Below, piece after piece: positions 1 through 10,880 of a stretch of DNA of 64,000 bases (its first letter is position 1; every line of letters starts with the position of its first letter). The DNA is from Leptospiraceae bacterium (GTDB lineage: Bacteria; Spirochaetota; Leptospiria; Leptospirales; Leptospiraceae). The DNA lies in the NCBI GenBank assembly GCA_024233835.1, contig JACKPC010000001.1:1477442-1541441 (forward strand). The letters are read 5' to 3'. The position numbers were made by a program, and so were the translations under genes. The notes under the pieces are model-generated. The model was given only the letters and a program-made list of their open reading frames with translations, had not been told where the DNA came from and searched no databases.

Positions 1-20
1 ACCAGAGCGTGGTTTGTCCT

Positions 21-230
21 AAAGTAAAGCGTGCTTTGTCCCAAAGTAAAGCGTGCTTTGTCCCAAAGTAAAGCGTGCTTTGTCCCAAAGTAAAGCGTGC
101 TTTGTCCCAAAGTAAAGCGTGGTTTACTCCAAAGTAAAGCGTGGTTTACTCCAAAGTAAAGCGTGCTTTGTCCCAAAGTAAAGCGTGGTTTACTCCAAAG
201 TAAAGCGTGGTTTACTCCAAAGTAAAGCCT
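21..230. repeat. Tandem array of a 22-bp unit, about 9.5 copies, in two variants: A=aaagtaaagcgtgctttgtccc and B=aaagtaaagcgtggtttactcc. Order is (partial)-A-A-A-A-B-B-A-B-B-(partial).
   Basis: Read directly: perfect 22-bp periodicity from position 21 to 218 with partial copies at both ends. Each unit contains the near-palindrome aaagcgtgcttt. Confidence 0.95.
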
Positions 231-420
231 CATTGGTTGGTTTGATGAACATTACTTTCATCATGACGGTACTATAATTTGATTTATTTATAGGATCTAA
301 TGAAAATCCTTTTTGGGATAAATACTTAACCACATCGTAATTCTCTTCATCAAAGGCAATGGAAACTGCATTACCATCTTTGTCCTGATGATTGATATCT
401 AATCCGCTTGCAATCATCAT
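190..420 (-). pseudogene. Ankyrin-repeat protein remnant. The open frame extends upstream to ~530 without any ATG/GTG/TTG, and its C-terminus is encoded by the tandem repeat.
   Basis: The translation DKDGNAVSIAFDEENYDVVKYLSQKG fits the ankyrin consensus (D.DGNTALHIAA..GNLEVVKYLLEKG). The ORF is short (76 aa) and its 3' end reads into the repeat array. Confidence 0.35.
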
Positions 421-716
421 ATCTAATATTTCAAATTTTTCTTCTATCTCTATCCGACTCCTTCGATCCCAATTTTCGATTGTCTCGACGAGTCCTCCAT
501 CGTGCCGATACTTTCTACAATGAAAATCTAAACTCGATACAGTTGCATTCTATTTTTGAATAAGAATTGTATATCTACAGCTATTATGAGGCTCGAGAGT
601 AAATTAGCAATATTTTTTCCTTTTTGGATATTTCTATATCTGCTTACACTATATACAGGATTTTGAACTAAAATATTTCTGATAGCCTGTTTGAAGCCTT
701 TTTATGAACTGGTTTT

Positions 717-1331
717 ATGTTAGAAGAAAACCGTTTTGATAAATTAGCAGAAAGCTGGGACGAAAGCCCGATGAGGCGGCTTCTCTCTTCTTCTGCTGCA
801 AAGGCGATCAGGGAAATTGTACCCTTACATCCTGAAATGAAAGCCCTGGACTATGGTTGTGGTACAGGTCTCGTTCTTTTACACCTGCACGGAGATTTGA
901 AAGAGGTCGTGGGTATGGATCTCTCGAAAGGGATGATTGAAGTTCTGCAAAAAAAAGTGAAAGAAGCCGGGATTTTGAATGTCAGGGCTGAAACTCATAA
1001 TATGGATACGGATCCTCTACCGCTTAATACATTTGACCTGATGTTTTCGAGTATGGCTTTGCATCATATTCATAAGCCTGAAGTTTATTTCCAAAAAGCT
1101 TTTCTTAGCCTGAAGTCCGGTGGCTATCTATGCACAGGAGATTTGGAGGAGGAAGATGGTAGCTTTCACCCGGAAGATGCAGATTATCACCATCAGGGTT
1201 TTTCCCTGGATTATATTCGGAATATCATGGAAGATGTGGGTTTTAAGGATATTCAGATTCAAATTTCTTGTAAAGTCGAGAAAAATGATAAGATCTATCC
1301 TGTATTTATGGCGGTGGGAAAGAAGCCCTGA
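717..1331 (+). CDS. Class I SAM-dependent methyltransferase
   Basis: Motif I DYGCGTG (LDYGCGTGLV) and a typical MTase fold length of 204 aa. Confidence 0.8.
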   Translation: MLEENRFDKLAESWDESPMRRLLSSSAAKAIREIVPLHPEMKALDYGCGTGLVLLHLHGDLKEVVGMDLSKGMIEVLQKKVKEAGILNVRAETHNMDTDPLPLNTFDLMFSSMALHHIHKPEVYFQKAFLSLKSGGYLCTGDLEEEDGSFHPEDADYHHQGFSLDYIRNIMEDVGFKDIQIQISCKVEKNDKIYPVFMAVGKKP

Positions 1332-1332
1332 G

Positions 1333-2544
1333 TCAGGGCTTCCCTATATTAAGAGCAGCGATGTAGGCACCGGTCCAGGCATTCTGAAAATTAAAGCCAC
1401 CGGTTATCCCATCAATATTTAAAACTTCCCCGGCAAAGTAAATTCCGGGGATGAGTTTACTTTGCATGGTTTTAAAGTCTACTTCTTTTAAGTGGACTCC
1501 TCCGCAGGTAACAAACTCATCTTTGAAAGTACTTTTTCCGCATATTTTGTATTCTGTTTTATAGAGTAGTTCTTGGAGAGTCTGGAACTGCTTTTTGGAA
1601 AGATGGGGCCAGGTTGTATCTTTTTCTATACCTGCTTTATCGCAGAGCATTTCCCAGGCCCTCGTTGGGATTTCAGGAGGATTTGTATTTTTCACTTTTT
1701 TGTTTCCTTCCCTGATTTTGATTAGAGTAAGTACATTTCGGATTTCTTCGAGATTTTTATCTCCTAACCAGTGGATAAACAATTTGGTATTATATTGTTT
1801 ATCATGAAAGTAGGGAGCTGCAAAAGAAGAGAGTTTGAGAACCGCCGGACCGCTCAGGCCCTCATGTGTGAAAAGAAGGCTTCCGCTTTGCCTGTATTTC
1901 TTTTCTTCCAGGCTCAGGCTTAGTTTGTCAATACTCAGACCCTGAAGAGATTGCAGGGATTCGTCGTGGATATGGAAAGAAAAAAGGGAGGGGATCGGTT
2001 CAATAATGCTGTGGCCGAGAGCTGTTAGCCATTTCCAGGAAGTTCTGTCTGAACCTGTTGCGAATAATACCCGGTCATATTTTTTTTGAAAGCCTTCTTC
2101 TGATTGCAGGAGAAATGAGTCTCCTTCCCTGAAAATTCCCTGTAACTTCATCTCTGTCAGGAGATTTATCTGTTTCTTTTTTATCTCCTCTAAGAAGCAA
2201 TTAACAATTGTTTCAGAAGAGTTACTTACAGGAAACATGCGTCCATCTTCTTCCGTGTGAAGTTTTACTCCTCTTTTTGCAAACCATTGGATTGTATTTT
2301 CGGGTTGAAAGATATGAAAGGCTGAGCGAAGCTCTTTTTGACCTCTCGGGTAGTTTTTAATTAAGTCCTCTACTTGGAAACAGGAATGCGTTACATTGCA
2401 TCTGCCTCCTCCGGATATGCGGACTTTACGTAAAACTTTATCTGATTTTTCTAATATATCAACTTCATGTTTCGGAAAGAATTCTTTTATGTTTATAGCA
2501 GAAAAAAAGCCGGCAGCACCGGCTCCTAAGATGGCAATTTTCAT
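1333..2544 (-). CDS. NAD(P)/FAD-dependent oxidoreductase, HI0933/YhiN (BaiN-like) flavoprotein family
   Basis: N-terminal Rossmann motif KIAILGAGAAGFF, GGGRCNVT motif, ~400 aa. Confidence 0.8.
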   Translation of the reverse strand: MKIAILGAGAAGFFSAINIKEFFPKHEVDILEKSDKVLRKVRISGGGRCNVTHSCFQVEDLIKNYPRGQKELRSAFHIFQPENTIQWFAKRGVKLHTEEDGRMFPVSNSSETIVNCFLEEIKKKQINLLTEMKLQGIFREGDSFLLQSEEGFQKKYDRVLFATGSDRTSWKWLTALGHSIIEPIPSLFSFHIHDESLQSLQGLSIDKLSLSLEEKKYRQSGSLLFTHEGLSGPAVLKLSSFAAPYFHDKQYNTKLFIHWLGDKNLEEIRNVLTLIKIREGNKKVKNTNPPEIPTRAWEMLCDKAGIEKDTTWPHLSKKQFQTLQELLYKTEYKICGKSTFKDEFVTCGGVHLKEVDFKTMQSKLIPGIYFAGEVLNIDGITGGFNFQNAWTGAYIAALNIGKP

Positions 2545-2554
2545 AGTCTAAATC

Positions 2555-3589
2555 TTACTTGTTAGAGAGAAATTCTCGGATAGCCTGTAAACTTTCTTCC
2601 GGCTTTTCTCCTATCATAGTATGACCGGCGCCGGGAATGGTCTTCGTTTCCGGATTCTTAAAAAACTTACTATGTTTTTCCTGTGTTTCTTTCCCTATAA
2701 TTGTATTACATTCACTATTCAAAAAGAGAGTTTTTCCATTATAATTTTCTAATCCTTTGGTAAGATCTATCTTGATATTACCTCTGTCATCCATAGCAGC
2801 ACGAAACATGGTTCGGTTCGCTACAAATCCTCCTCTCCAATAGGGAAGACTGGCTGTTTTTAAATCTTTGTTGCAATAATAGGACTCAATCGGGTTTCCC
2901 TCTATATCGGGATTGGATAAGAGAAGCGACATGGCGAAGTCCTGAGGGGCATGATCATCAGGGCCATCTACATGAAGAGATTGGAACATGATTTTTGTTG
3001 TGTGTTTCACAACCGACCAGGTAAAAGCAGGAACCATATAATTGGTCTTCTCTAAGAATTCTTTGCCTGTTTCCGGGTTCAAAAAGCCCGGTTCTGCCAG
3101 TACGACTTTTTCTACCTTATCGGGAAATTTTGCTATATAAGCAGTAGCTAACATAGCTCCCCAGGAATGTCCTATGAGATAGACTTTTTTTATAGGAGAA
3201 TAGATCTTTATAATCTCATCGAGGTCTTTTATGTATTCTTCCAGAGTATGAGCTTTAGCATCAAGTCGTTTGGAAAGTCCCGTTCCTCTCTGGTCATAAA
3301 AAACCACATAGTATTTATCTGAAAGAGCCTGTAGGGGTAAGAGGTAGCGGTAGTCATTTCCGGGGCCTCCGTGCAGGACGATAAGTGTTTTGTTTTTAGG
3401 ATTCCCGAAAGCTTCCGCGTGCAAAACTACACCGTTAACGGTAATTTTAGGAAGGTTCGGATCCTGAACTACGGTACTTAATACTTTGTAGTCTCCTGAA
3501 AAATATAAGTAAAGGCTTATGAAAATAAGTGTCATCCCCAGGATAACACCCGCAATGGCTATAGCAAAAAGTTTCAGTATACGTTTCAT
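2555..3589 (-). CDS. Membrane-anchored alpha/beta hydrolase (proline iminopeptidase-like)
   Basis: N-terminal TM helix, HGGPG oxyanion motif, nucleophile elbow GHSWG. Confidence 0.75.
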   Translation of the reverse strand: MKRILKLFAIAIAGVILGMTLIFISLYLYFSGDYKVLSTVVQDPNLPKITVNGVVLHAEAFGNPKNKTLIVLHGGPGNDYRYLLPLQALSDKYYVVFYDQRGTGLSKRLDAKAHTLEEYIKDLDEIIKIYSPIKKVYLIGHSWGAMLATAYIAKFPDKVEKVVLAEPGFLNPETGKEFLEKTNYMVPAFTWSVVKHTTKIMFQSLHVDGPDDHAPQDFAMSLLLSNPDIEGNPIESYYCNKDLKTASLPYWRGGFVANRTMFRAAMDDRGNIKIDLTKGLENYNGKTLFLNSECNTIIGKETQEKHSKFFKNPETKTIPGAGHTMIGEKPEESLQAIREFLSNK

Positions 3590-3660
3590 GGAAAATACCC
3601 CTTTAAATTCAAGCTTCAGGCCAGATTAGCGTATAGGGAATTGAGGGTCAAATGGAAAAC

Positions 3661-5037
3661 TTAAGAAATTAGTTTCAGTTTTTCAGCCCAGCTTCTTACA
3701 TTACCGGCTCCTATACTTAAAAATATATCTCCTTTTTGTAATTCCTTTTGCAGTATTTGTATATCTTCATCTATCTTTCCGCTGAGAAGGCTCGTTTTTT
3801 CAGTTGGTAAGCGCTGTGCAATAAGTCCTGTATGGATGCCGGCTATGGCCTCTTCACCTGCTGAGTAAATAGGGAGAAGAAAAATTTTATCAGCCTTAAT
3901 TAGAGATTCTGCAAATTCTCGGTATAATTCTTTAGTCCGGGTATAACGATGAGGTTGGAACAGGACAATGGAACGAGAAGAATACTCTTTTTTTAATATA
4001 TTTAAAGAATTTAATACAGCACTGATTTCTGTCGGATGATGGCCGTAATCATCATAGAGTCTTACACCTTTCCAATCCCCTAAAAATTCCAGTCTGCGCT
4101 CAACTCCTTCATACAAGGAAAGGGCCTTTAAGCTGGTTTTTGTTTCTATCCCGATTTGCTTACAGGCAAGATAAGCTAAGAAAGCGTTATGTAAATAGTG
4201 TCTTCCTGGAAAGGGACAGCTTAATTCGTAAGAATTTTCATCCTCTTTAAATATAAGTTTATTTGTATATATGGAAATCCTATAATGCGGAATTCCTTCT
4301 ATTTGCTTATCATCCTCGGAGAAACTCAGGATATTTTTTTTTAGCCCGGTTTTTATTAACATATTCCTCACACCGGGATCGGAAAGGTTGACTATGGAGA
4401 GGCTATCTCCTTTATTCTCGATAAATCTGGCAAAAGCTTCGGTAAGCTTTTCTTCGGTACCATAATAGTCGAGATGGTCTCTATCAATATTACTGAGTAG
4501 TTTTATCCTGGGAGTATAGATTGAAAAGCTTCCATCCGATTCATCGGCTTCAAAAACAGCCCAATCACTATTACCGGAGCGTCCTCCCCGGTTTTGTAAA
4601 AATGGTAGATTCCCACCTACCATAATCGATATATCTTTTTTAGCATGAAGGAGGATTCGAGAAACCATAGCCGTTGTGCTGGTTTTCCCGTGGGAGCCGG
4701 CTACTGCTACGCATTTCTTTTCTTGGAATAAGTTCTGTAGTATCTCAGAACGGTGAAAGGAAGGAATTCCTCTTTCTTCTAATTTTCTATAAACCGGATG
4801 GTTCTTGCGATTTATAGCGCTGGAGTAGATAAAGTAATCCTGTTCGGAGAGAATCTTATCGGAAGGTTCCGGGCTAATTTCTGCTCCTCTCTTCTGTAAA
4901 TCCCTTACTACTTTCGAATCGTTCTTGTCGTAGCCAAAAACCCTGATTCCTCTATCTAAAAGGATGTGGGCGATAGACGACATACCGGATCCACCGATAC
5001 CGAGTAGGAATGCATTCTTATTTTCTGGAAGTTTCAT
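3661..5037 (-). CDS. murC: UDP-N-acetylmuramate--L-alanine ligase
   Basis: GIGGSGMS N-terminal motif and the Mur ligase P-loop GSHGKTSTT; sits in the dcw cluster. Confidence 0.9.
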   Translation of the reverse strand: MKLPENKNAFLLGIGGSGMSSIAHILLDRGIRVFGYDKNDSKVVRDLQKRGAEISPEPSDKILSEQDYFIYSSAINRKNHPVYRKLEERGIPSFHRSEILQNLFQEKKCVAVAGSHGKTSTTAMVSRILLHAKKDISIMVGGNLPFLQNRGGRSGNSDWAVFEADESDGSFSIYTPRIKLLSNIDRDHLDYYGTEEKLTEAFARFIENKGDSLSIVNLSDPGVRNMLIKTGLKKNILSFSEDDKQIEGIPHYRISIYTNKLIFKEDENSYELSCPFPGRHYLHNAFLAYLACKQIGIETKTSLKALSLYEGVERRLEFLGDWKGVRLYDDYGHHPTEISAVLNSLNILKKEYSSRSIVLFQPHRYTRTKELYREFAESLIKADKIFLLPIYSAGEEAIAGIHTGLIAQRLPTEKTSLLSGKIDEDIQILQKELQKGDIFLSIGAGNVRSWAEKLKLIS

Positions 5038-6115
5038 CTTGGGATAAAAAGAAAAAGTCTATAGTATTTACGGAAGATTGCAATTTTGCATCTTTGCAGG
5101 TCTGCGCATATATTTTCGAGAGCAATTCGGGATTCTGGTTGATTTCTAATAAATATTTTATTAATATACTGCTATCCTCTTCCTTGCTGGCAATGATTTT
5201 GGCACCACAGCATTCTTCACAGAACTTCGCATTTTCCATCTGGTGGTTATCGGAAGCATAAGGGTAGGGGATAAGTATCATCGGAAGACCGAAAGCGATG
5301 CACTCGGAAATCACTCCTGCACCTGAACGAGCGATAACGAGATGTGCCCAGTCGTAGTGTTCTTTCATGTTTACGGAATAGGAGATAATATTATCCTTTT
5401 CTATCGGACCTCTTATCTTGGTAATGGTTTCTTCATACAGAGCTGTCCCGGTTAAAATTCGAAAGAGAAAGTTTTTACTAATCTCCGGATTTTCCATAGA
5501 GTTTAAAACCATATTATTAATCTGTCTGGCTCCCTGAGAACCTCCCATGACCAGTACATGGATTCTTTCTTCCGGAGATTTCGGAAACTCTTTTGTTTTT
5601 GATTCCGGTAATATTTTAGAACGAATCGGGTTACCTGCAACAATATGGGGAACTCTTATTTCTTTTTGTGTTATGGGAGGAAAGCTAAAGGCTATTTTAT
5701 TCGCATATTTTAGAAAAATTCGGTTTACTTTTCCGATTACCCGGTTTTGTTCACAGAGGAATATTTTCTTTCTGAAAAATAAGGCATATAAAAGTGCCGG
5801 AACACTGGAGTAGCCCCCCATGGAGATGACGCAATCCACCTTCTCTTTTTGGAAGCGGAGAATCGTTTTTATCAGGTTATAGATAAAAGGAAATGGAAAA
5901 AGAAAAAACATTTTCGTAATAGGAGGAGAGTTATGCCAGATGAGTTCACAGGGAGCAGACTTTAAATCCGGATTGTCCCGGTTTCGGTTCAGGGAGTGGA
6001 TGTAAAGTTTCTCAAAACCATATTTCTCTTTATTTTGCATCAGGGCTTCTGCAAGGGCAACACCCGGTGAAATGTGGCCACCTGTTCCTCCGGCGGCAAT
6101 AACAATTGTTTTCAT
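5018..6115 (-). CDS. murG: UDP-N-acetylglucosamine--N-acetylmuramyl-(pentapeptide) pyrophosphoryl-undecaprenol N-acetylglucosamine transferase
   Basis: N-terminal [11 protein letters not shown] motif (GT28); sits between ftsW and murC. Confidence 0.9.
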   Translation of the reverse strand: MKTIVIAAGGTGGHISPGVALAEALMQNKEKYGFEKLYIHSLNRNRDNPDLKSAPCELIWHNSPPITKMFFLFPFPFIYNLIKTILRFQKEKVDCVISMGGYSSVPALLYALFFRKKIFLCEQNRVIGKVNRIFLKYANKIAFSFPPITQKEIRVPHIVAGNPIRSKILPESKTKEFPKSPEERIHVLVMGGSQGARQINNMVLNSMENPEISKNFLFRILTGTALYEETITKIRGPIEKDNIISYSVNMKEHYDWAHLVIARSGAGVISECIAFGLPMILIPYPYASDNHQMENAKFCEECCGAKIIASKEEDSSILIKYLLEINQNPELLSKIYAQTCKDAKLQSSVNTIDFFFLSQDETSRK

Positions 6116-7263
6116 ACCTGTAAATTCTCTTTTCGGGTTATATTACATAAAATCCCCAGGGAGAGCATGACCGTGAGCAGGGAAGAACCTCCGTAGCTAA
6201 CAAAAGGAAGGCTGATACCCGTAATCGGAAAAACACCGGTAACTACAAACAGGTTAATCAGTATTTGAACTCCAATCATGGATATAATCCCGACTCCCAG
6301 TAAAAATCCGAAGGGTTCATTGACTCTTCGGATGAGCATAAAACTTCTGAGGATTAAAAAGATAAATAGAAAAAATAAAAATAAAAAACCTATATATCCG
6401 AAGTCTTCAACATAAGTGGCCATAACAAAGTCGGTGTGGCTATATGTCAGGTAACGATGAGAATATCCTGTAGACACATTGGTTCCGAACCATCCTCCAT
6501 CATTAAAGGCTCGGAAGGAAGATACAAGCTGGTGTCCTTCATCGTAGCGGTATTTATAGGGGTCTAACCATACTTCGATTCTCTTCTTTCTATAACCCAC
6601 TTTATATATCAGGATCATCAAAAGTGGAATCGATGAGATAAATCCAAAAAGAAGCTTTCGAATGGGAAAGCCATCAATAAAAATCAGAGCAATAATCATG
6701 GAGATGATTTCGAGGGTGGTCCCGAAAGCCGGCTCAATAATGATAAGGGCAATTACTGAAAGGACTAAGAAACCGGGTAAGATATAATTTCTATAGGTTC
6801 TGTGGACTGTCTCATTCATCTTGACGAGAAAGGCTGCGAGATAGGTAACGATTGCAATTTTAGCAAATTCAGAAGGTTGGAGCTGGAAAGAACCTATTCC
6901 TATCCAGCGATGAAAGCTTCTTCCGTAATAAGTATGAACCGATTTTCCGAGACCCGGAATAAAAACGAGAACTAAGAGAAAAAGAGAAAGAAGAATGAGT
7001 TGGCTGGCGTAGCGTTTATAGTAACGATAATCTATATTAGCAATCAGTATAAAACCAAAAATAGAAAGTACTGTCCAGGCAGCCTGTTTTTTGGCAAAGT
7101 ACATGGGGTCCTGAAACTCTCTGCTTGCGGTTATCGAGGAGCCCGAAAACATAATGCCCAGACCCAAAAAAAGCAGGATGAAAATTGAATATAGAAGGGG
7201 TAAGTCTACTTCATACTTACCCGGACTGAGAAAAGACGATAAGCGAGAATTGGTTTTATTCAT
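6112..7263 (-). CDS. ftsW: SEDS-family lipid II flippase/polymerase FtsW
   Basis: Multi-pass membrane protein of FtsW/RodA length and pattern, placed between mraY and murG. Confidence 0.85.
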   Translation of the reverse strand: MNKTNSRLSSFLSPGKYEVDLPLLYSIFILLFLGLGIMFSGSSITASREFQDPMYFAKKQAAWTVLSIFGFILIANIDYRYYKRYASQLILLSLFLLVLVFIPGLGKSVHTYYGRSFHRWIGIGSFQLQPSEFAKIAIVTYLAAFLVKMNETVHRTYRNYILPGFLVLSVIALIIIEPAFGTTLEIISMIIALIFIDGFPIRKLLFGFISSIPLLMILIYKVGYRKKRIEVWLDPYKYRYDEGHQLVSSFRAFNDGGWFGTNVSTGYSHRYLTYSHTDFVMATYVEDFGYIGFLFLFFLFIFLILRSFMLIRRVNEPFGFLLGVGIISMIGVQILINLFVVTGVFPITGISLPFVSYGGSSLLTVMLSLGILCNITRKENLQV

Positions 7264-7265
7264 TC

Positions 7266-8381
7266 TTACTGGATCTTTAATGAGGAAAGGGATATGAGTG
7301 CAAGAATAATTGCCACTATCCAGAAACGGATAACAATTTTTGTTTCTTTCATTCCTCCCAGTTCAAAATGGTGGTGCAGGGGTGCCATTCGGAAGATTCG
7401 TTTTCCCCGGAGTTTAAAGGAGCCTACCTGTAAAATTACACTCAGGGCTTCTGCTACAAAAACTCCTCCTAAAACGACCAGAAGAAGTTCTTTTTTTAAC
7501 AGGATGGAAATCATACCGAGGGTAGCACCTAAAAAGAGGGAGCCTGTATCTCCCATGAAAACTTCTGCCGGGTGGGAATTGAACCACAGGAAGCCGATTA
7601 ATGAACCTGTAAGGGCAGAAATGAAAACTGAGTATTCATGGGCTTCTGGAAGGTAAGGAATATTCAGGTAATTAGCAGCTACTGGGGTTCCGGATACATA
7701 GGCGATAATTCCGAAAGTGATGCTGGAGATGGCTACTGTGCCGGTTGCCAGTCCATCCAGACCGTCTGTAAGATTGACTGCATGAGTAGTCCCGATAATA
7801 ACACAGATAGAAAAGGGAATGGCAAAGAGTATTTCCAGGGACAGGATCGGGCCTTTGAGAAAAGGTAGAAAAAGGTCTGTCAGGGCAAAGGTAATTCCCT
7901 TACTGGAATTTGAGGGTTCCCCGGTGACTAAAAAAAACAGCAGGCAGAAACTTAAAGCAAGGAGAATGCTGATTCCGAATTTGACTCTCGCTTTCATACC
8001 TCCTTTTATTTTCAGAATCGCCTTTTCGTAATCGTCTCGAAAGCCAAGGGCACTGAAAAGAATACTGAAAACAGAAATTAAAAGCACGTTGAGATTCTTC
8101 AGGTTTCCCCAGAGCAGGGTAGATACAATTAGCCCTGAAATAATCATCAGACCGCCCATAGTAGGAGTGCCGGATTTTACCTCATGGGAAGCCGGACCAT
8201 CGGGGCGGATACTTTCTTTAAAGCGAATCTTATACAGGTAGGCGATAATTCGTTTTCCTAAAAAGAAAGTTAGAAACATGGAGGTGAGTCCCGCCATGAG
8301 GGCTCTGAAGGTAACATAGCCAAAAATTCGAAAGAAGCCCGGGTCGGGGCCGAGTAGATCATGGAAAAAGTATAAGAACAT
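7266..8381 (-). CDS. mraY: Phospho-N-acetylmuramoyl-pentapeptide transferase
   Basis: Polytopic membrane protein; motifs [13 protein letters not shown] and [12 protein letters not shown] are typical of MraY. Confidence 0.9.
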   Translation of the reverse strand: MFLYFFHDLLGPDPGFFRIFGYVTFRALMAGLTSMFLTFFLGKRIIAYLYKIRFKESIRPDGPASHEVKSGTPTMGGLMIISGLIVSTLLWGNLKNLNVLLISVFSILFSALGFRDDYEKAILKIKGGMKARVKFGISILLALSFCLLFFLVTGEPSNSSKGITFALTDLFLPFLKGPILSLEILFAIPFSICVIIGTTHAVNLTDGLDGLATGTVAISSITFGIIAYVSGTPVAANYLNIPYLPEAHEYSVFISALTGSLIGFLWFNSHPAEVFMGDTGSLFLGATLGMISILLKKELLLVVLGGVFVAEALSVILQVGSFKLRGKRIFRMAPLHHHFELGGMKETKIVIRFWIVAIILALISLSSLKIQ

Positions 8382-8395
8382 CTGTAATTATATTT

Positions 8396-9910
8396 TTATC
8401 TCCTGCTTTCTTCGTCCAGTTCAAAAGCGTTCTGTATTTCAATTGTATCACTAAAATTTTCTTTTGAGGAGCCAATGATTTGATAGTTTTCATGCCCCTT
8501 ACCGGCTACCAGTAAGAAGCCTTCTTCCGGAAGAACCTGTATTCCTTTTAAAATAGCCTGCCTGCGGTTACTCTGACGAATATAGGAAGTAAAACCCTTA
8601 GGAAATCCGGCTTCAATTTCATCGATGATTTTTTCCGGATCTTCGGTTCTCGGGTTGTCGGAAGTCAGAATGACCATATCCGAGTTTTCGGCAGCAATTT
8701 TTCCCATGATAGGTCTCTTGGTATGGTCTCTATCTCCACCACAACCAAAAAGGCAGATAAGGCGACTATGAGGAATTTCTTTCAGGCTCTTCAATACATT
8801 CAGAAGAGCGTCAGGGGTATGGGCATAATCTACTACCGCAAGCCGGTTTCGTCTTCGATTATAAACGATCTGGAAACGTCCATCTACAGGGTGCAGGTTT
8901 TTAATCGAATCCTGGATCAGCTCTTCTTCCAGACCTAAATGCAGGGCCGCGATATAGGACATGGACACGTTTAGGAAATTGAAGTTTCCGAGAAGGTTTG
9001 TTTGTAAGTCGATTGGGCTGCCTTTTTTGGGTTTCAGGAAAAATTCTGTTCCATTCAGACTCAGACTTTTTACTTCTCCTTCGTAGTCCTTTCCTTTTCC
9101 GAAAGCAAGGGTTTTGAGAGGGAGTTTTTCTTTTTTTATTTTTGCCAGGATGTCCCTTCCTCCCTTTGTATCTGTAGAAATTAGGGCGAGTCTTTCCTCA
9201 TGATAGGAATTGGAGAGAAGTTTAAAAAGCTTATATTTACTATTCAGGTAATCTTCCATGTTTTCATGGAAATCAAGGTGATCGCGGGTTAAATTGGTAA
9301 AAATGGCTGCTTTCAGGTGTATACCGTTCATCCGATTCAGTTTTAAACCATGAGAACTGGCTTCCATGAAGACGTATTTCACACCTGCATCGAGCATGTT
9401 TTTTAAAATGCTCTGGAGTTCTGAAGGTCCGGGAGTGGTGTAACCAGTGTGTAAAACCCGGTTTCCATAAATTACCTGTATGGTACCGATGATTCCGTAT
9501 TCTAAGCCGGCCCTTGAAAAGAGGTCGGAAAGAATATAGGTCATCGAGGTTTTACCGTTAGTTCCGGTGATGGCTACTATCTGGAGCTGTTGGGAAGGAT
9601 GCCCTTTTAAACAGGAAGCAAGAGGGCCATGGAAGTAGGCCGGATCGGACTCCGACACCAGAACGGTTGTGAAGTCTTTCGGTACTGGTAAAGAAAGGTT
9701 TTTTTTGCTGATTAAAACCGCTTTAGCACCCCGTTTAATTGCATCTTCGAGATAGCTCCGGGTTTTTTCTCCGAAAGAGTCATAGACACAAAAAATATCG
9801 TTCTTACCGGTTTCTCGTGAATCGGAGTATATATATTGAATATCGGGATCGGATTGAGTCCTGAGAATCGAAATTTCAGGATAATCACTTAGTAATTCTT
9901 CTAATTTCAC
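8396..9910 (-). CDS. murE: UDP-N-acetylmuramoyl-L-alanyl-D-glutamate--2,6-diaminopimelate ligase
   Basis: Mur ligase P-loop GTNGKTS, N-terminal DSR motif, and the C-terminal DNPR motif that marks meso-DAP-adding MurE. Confidence 0.85.
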   Translation of the reverse strand: MKLEELLSDYPEISILRTQSDPDIQYIYSDSRETGKNDIFCVYDSFGEKTRSYLEDAIKRGAKAVLISKKNLSLPVPKDFTTVLVSESDPAYFHGPLASCLKGHPSQQLQIVAITGTNGKTSMTYILSDLFSRAGLEYGIIGTIQVIYGNRVLHTGYTTPGPSELQSILKNMLDAGVKYVFMEASSHGLKLNRMNGIHLKAAIFTNLTRDHLDFHENMEDYLNSKYKLFKLLSNSYHEERLALISTDTKGGRDILAKIKKEKLPLKTLAFGKGKDYEGEVKSLSLNGTEFFLKPKKGSPIDLQTNLLGNFNFLNVSMSYIAALHLGLEEELIQDSIKNLHPVDGRFQIVYNRRRNRLAVVDYAHTPDALLNVLKSLKEIPHSRLICLFGCGGDRDHTKRPIMGKIAAENSDMVILTSDNPRTEDPEKIIDEIEAGFPKGFTSYIRQSNRRQAILKGIQVLPEEGFLLVAGKGHENYQIIGSSKENFSDTIEIQNAFELDEESRR

Positions 9911-10251
9911 TTTTGTTTGTCTTGAAGTTCTTTTTCTGTGGGTAAGGTAATGGTAATGATTCGATTGCCACCGGGAACAGGAAGGTAGTTGTATACCTTT
10001 TTATACAGGTTTTCTATCCTTTCTGCCGAGGTTGAGGAAGCTACATCGATACGTAGTTCATTATTCTTTTTTACCAGTTTCTCTTTCTGACGGTTGAGAA
10101 TGCGCACTTTTGCATTTAAGCTTGCGTAGTTTACGTTTTGCCAGATATATAACAAAAATAAGGATGCTGGAATAGAAACAACGAGCAGGGCTCGTAAAAT
10201 ATGGACTGTTACCGGACTGAAAAAAATCCGAATCATTCTTTTTATAAACAA
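9907..10251 (-). CDS. ftsL: FtsL-like division protein (single TM helix plus coiled coil)
   Basis: Called on position (immediately upstream of murE), size (114 aa), one TM helix and a heptad-like segment. Confidence 0.45.
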   Translation of the reverse strand: MFIKRMIRIFFSPVTVHILRALLVVSIPASLFLLYIWQNVNYASLNAKVRILNRQKEKLVKKNNELRIDVASSTSAERIENLYKKVYNYLPVPGGNRIITITLPTEKELQDKQK

Positions 10252-10373
10252 ATTGATACCGGCCTCTAAATTTCTCTGGCTGTCCTATAATAATTTAGAC
10301 TCCTTCTATTTGTCAAGTTCTATTCTGGAATAGAACCCGCAGGCATTGACCGGTAAAAAGTTTTCGCCCGTTT

Positions 10374-10640
10374 TTATTTATTATACAATCCCATTAAGAG
10401 ATATGTATAAATACTTCCTATCGTGCTAAAATAATTCGTATCGTAGTGATCTTCGGGTATCTGGATTTCCAATTCCTTTTCCAGCTCCAGAATGAGAACC
10501 TGTATGCTCATAGAGTCTATTCCGTAGGTATAGTACAGGTGTTTGTCCGGGCGCAGGTCACTTTCTGAAATACCGACTGCAGCCGCTTTCGTTACCGCCC
10601 TGCGAATAATGCCATATAACTCTTCCGAATCCTCGTTCAT
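10374..10640 (-). CDS. Acyl carrier protein-like small acidic protein
   Basis: GIDSMSIQVLILELEKELEIQIPED resembles the ACP phosphopantetheine site (D-S-L/M) followed by helix II. Confidence 0.5.
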   Translation of the reverse strand: MNEDSEELYGIIRRAVTKAAAVGISESDLRPDKHLYYTYGIDSMSIQVLILELEKELEIQIPEDHYDTNYFSTIGSIYTYLLMGLYNK

Positions 10641-10880
10641 TTGTAAGCTTAACTATATTACTTCTAAGAGGAAAGGTAAACAATATTATTTTATCCAAAA
10701 AAAAGCCTGCAATTTTTCGGCTTATATAGGCAATGTAATATTCAAAAAGCACGCAAAAATATCATATTGCTTACCATATGAACAATGTGCTTTAATTGAT
10801 GTAAGGGAATGTGTATTTCCTGCTCTTTCTATTGGCATATTTCTTGCAAAATAAACACTGAAACATAAGGGGGACTTGGG

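Noticed and set aside
21-230. Possible CRISPR array because of the regular direct repeats
   Set aside because: The 22-bp units are directly contiguous with no unique spacers, there are two alternating variants, and no cas genes are nearby. It is a tandem repeat or VNTR, not CRISPR.
1120-1422. 100-aa plus-strand ORF
   Set aside because: Lies almost entirely inside the methyltransferase gene in another frame and runs into the convergent flavoprotein gene; no motif; an overlap artefact.
5010-5261. 83-aa plus-strand ORF at the murC/murG junction
   Set aside because: Antisense to the murG 3' end and murC start; the dcw genes are strongly supported.
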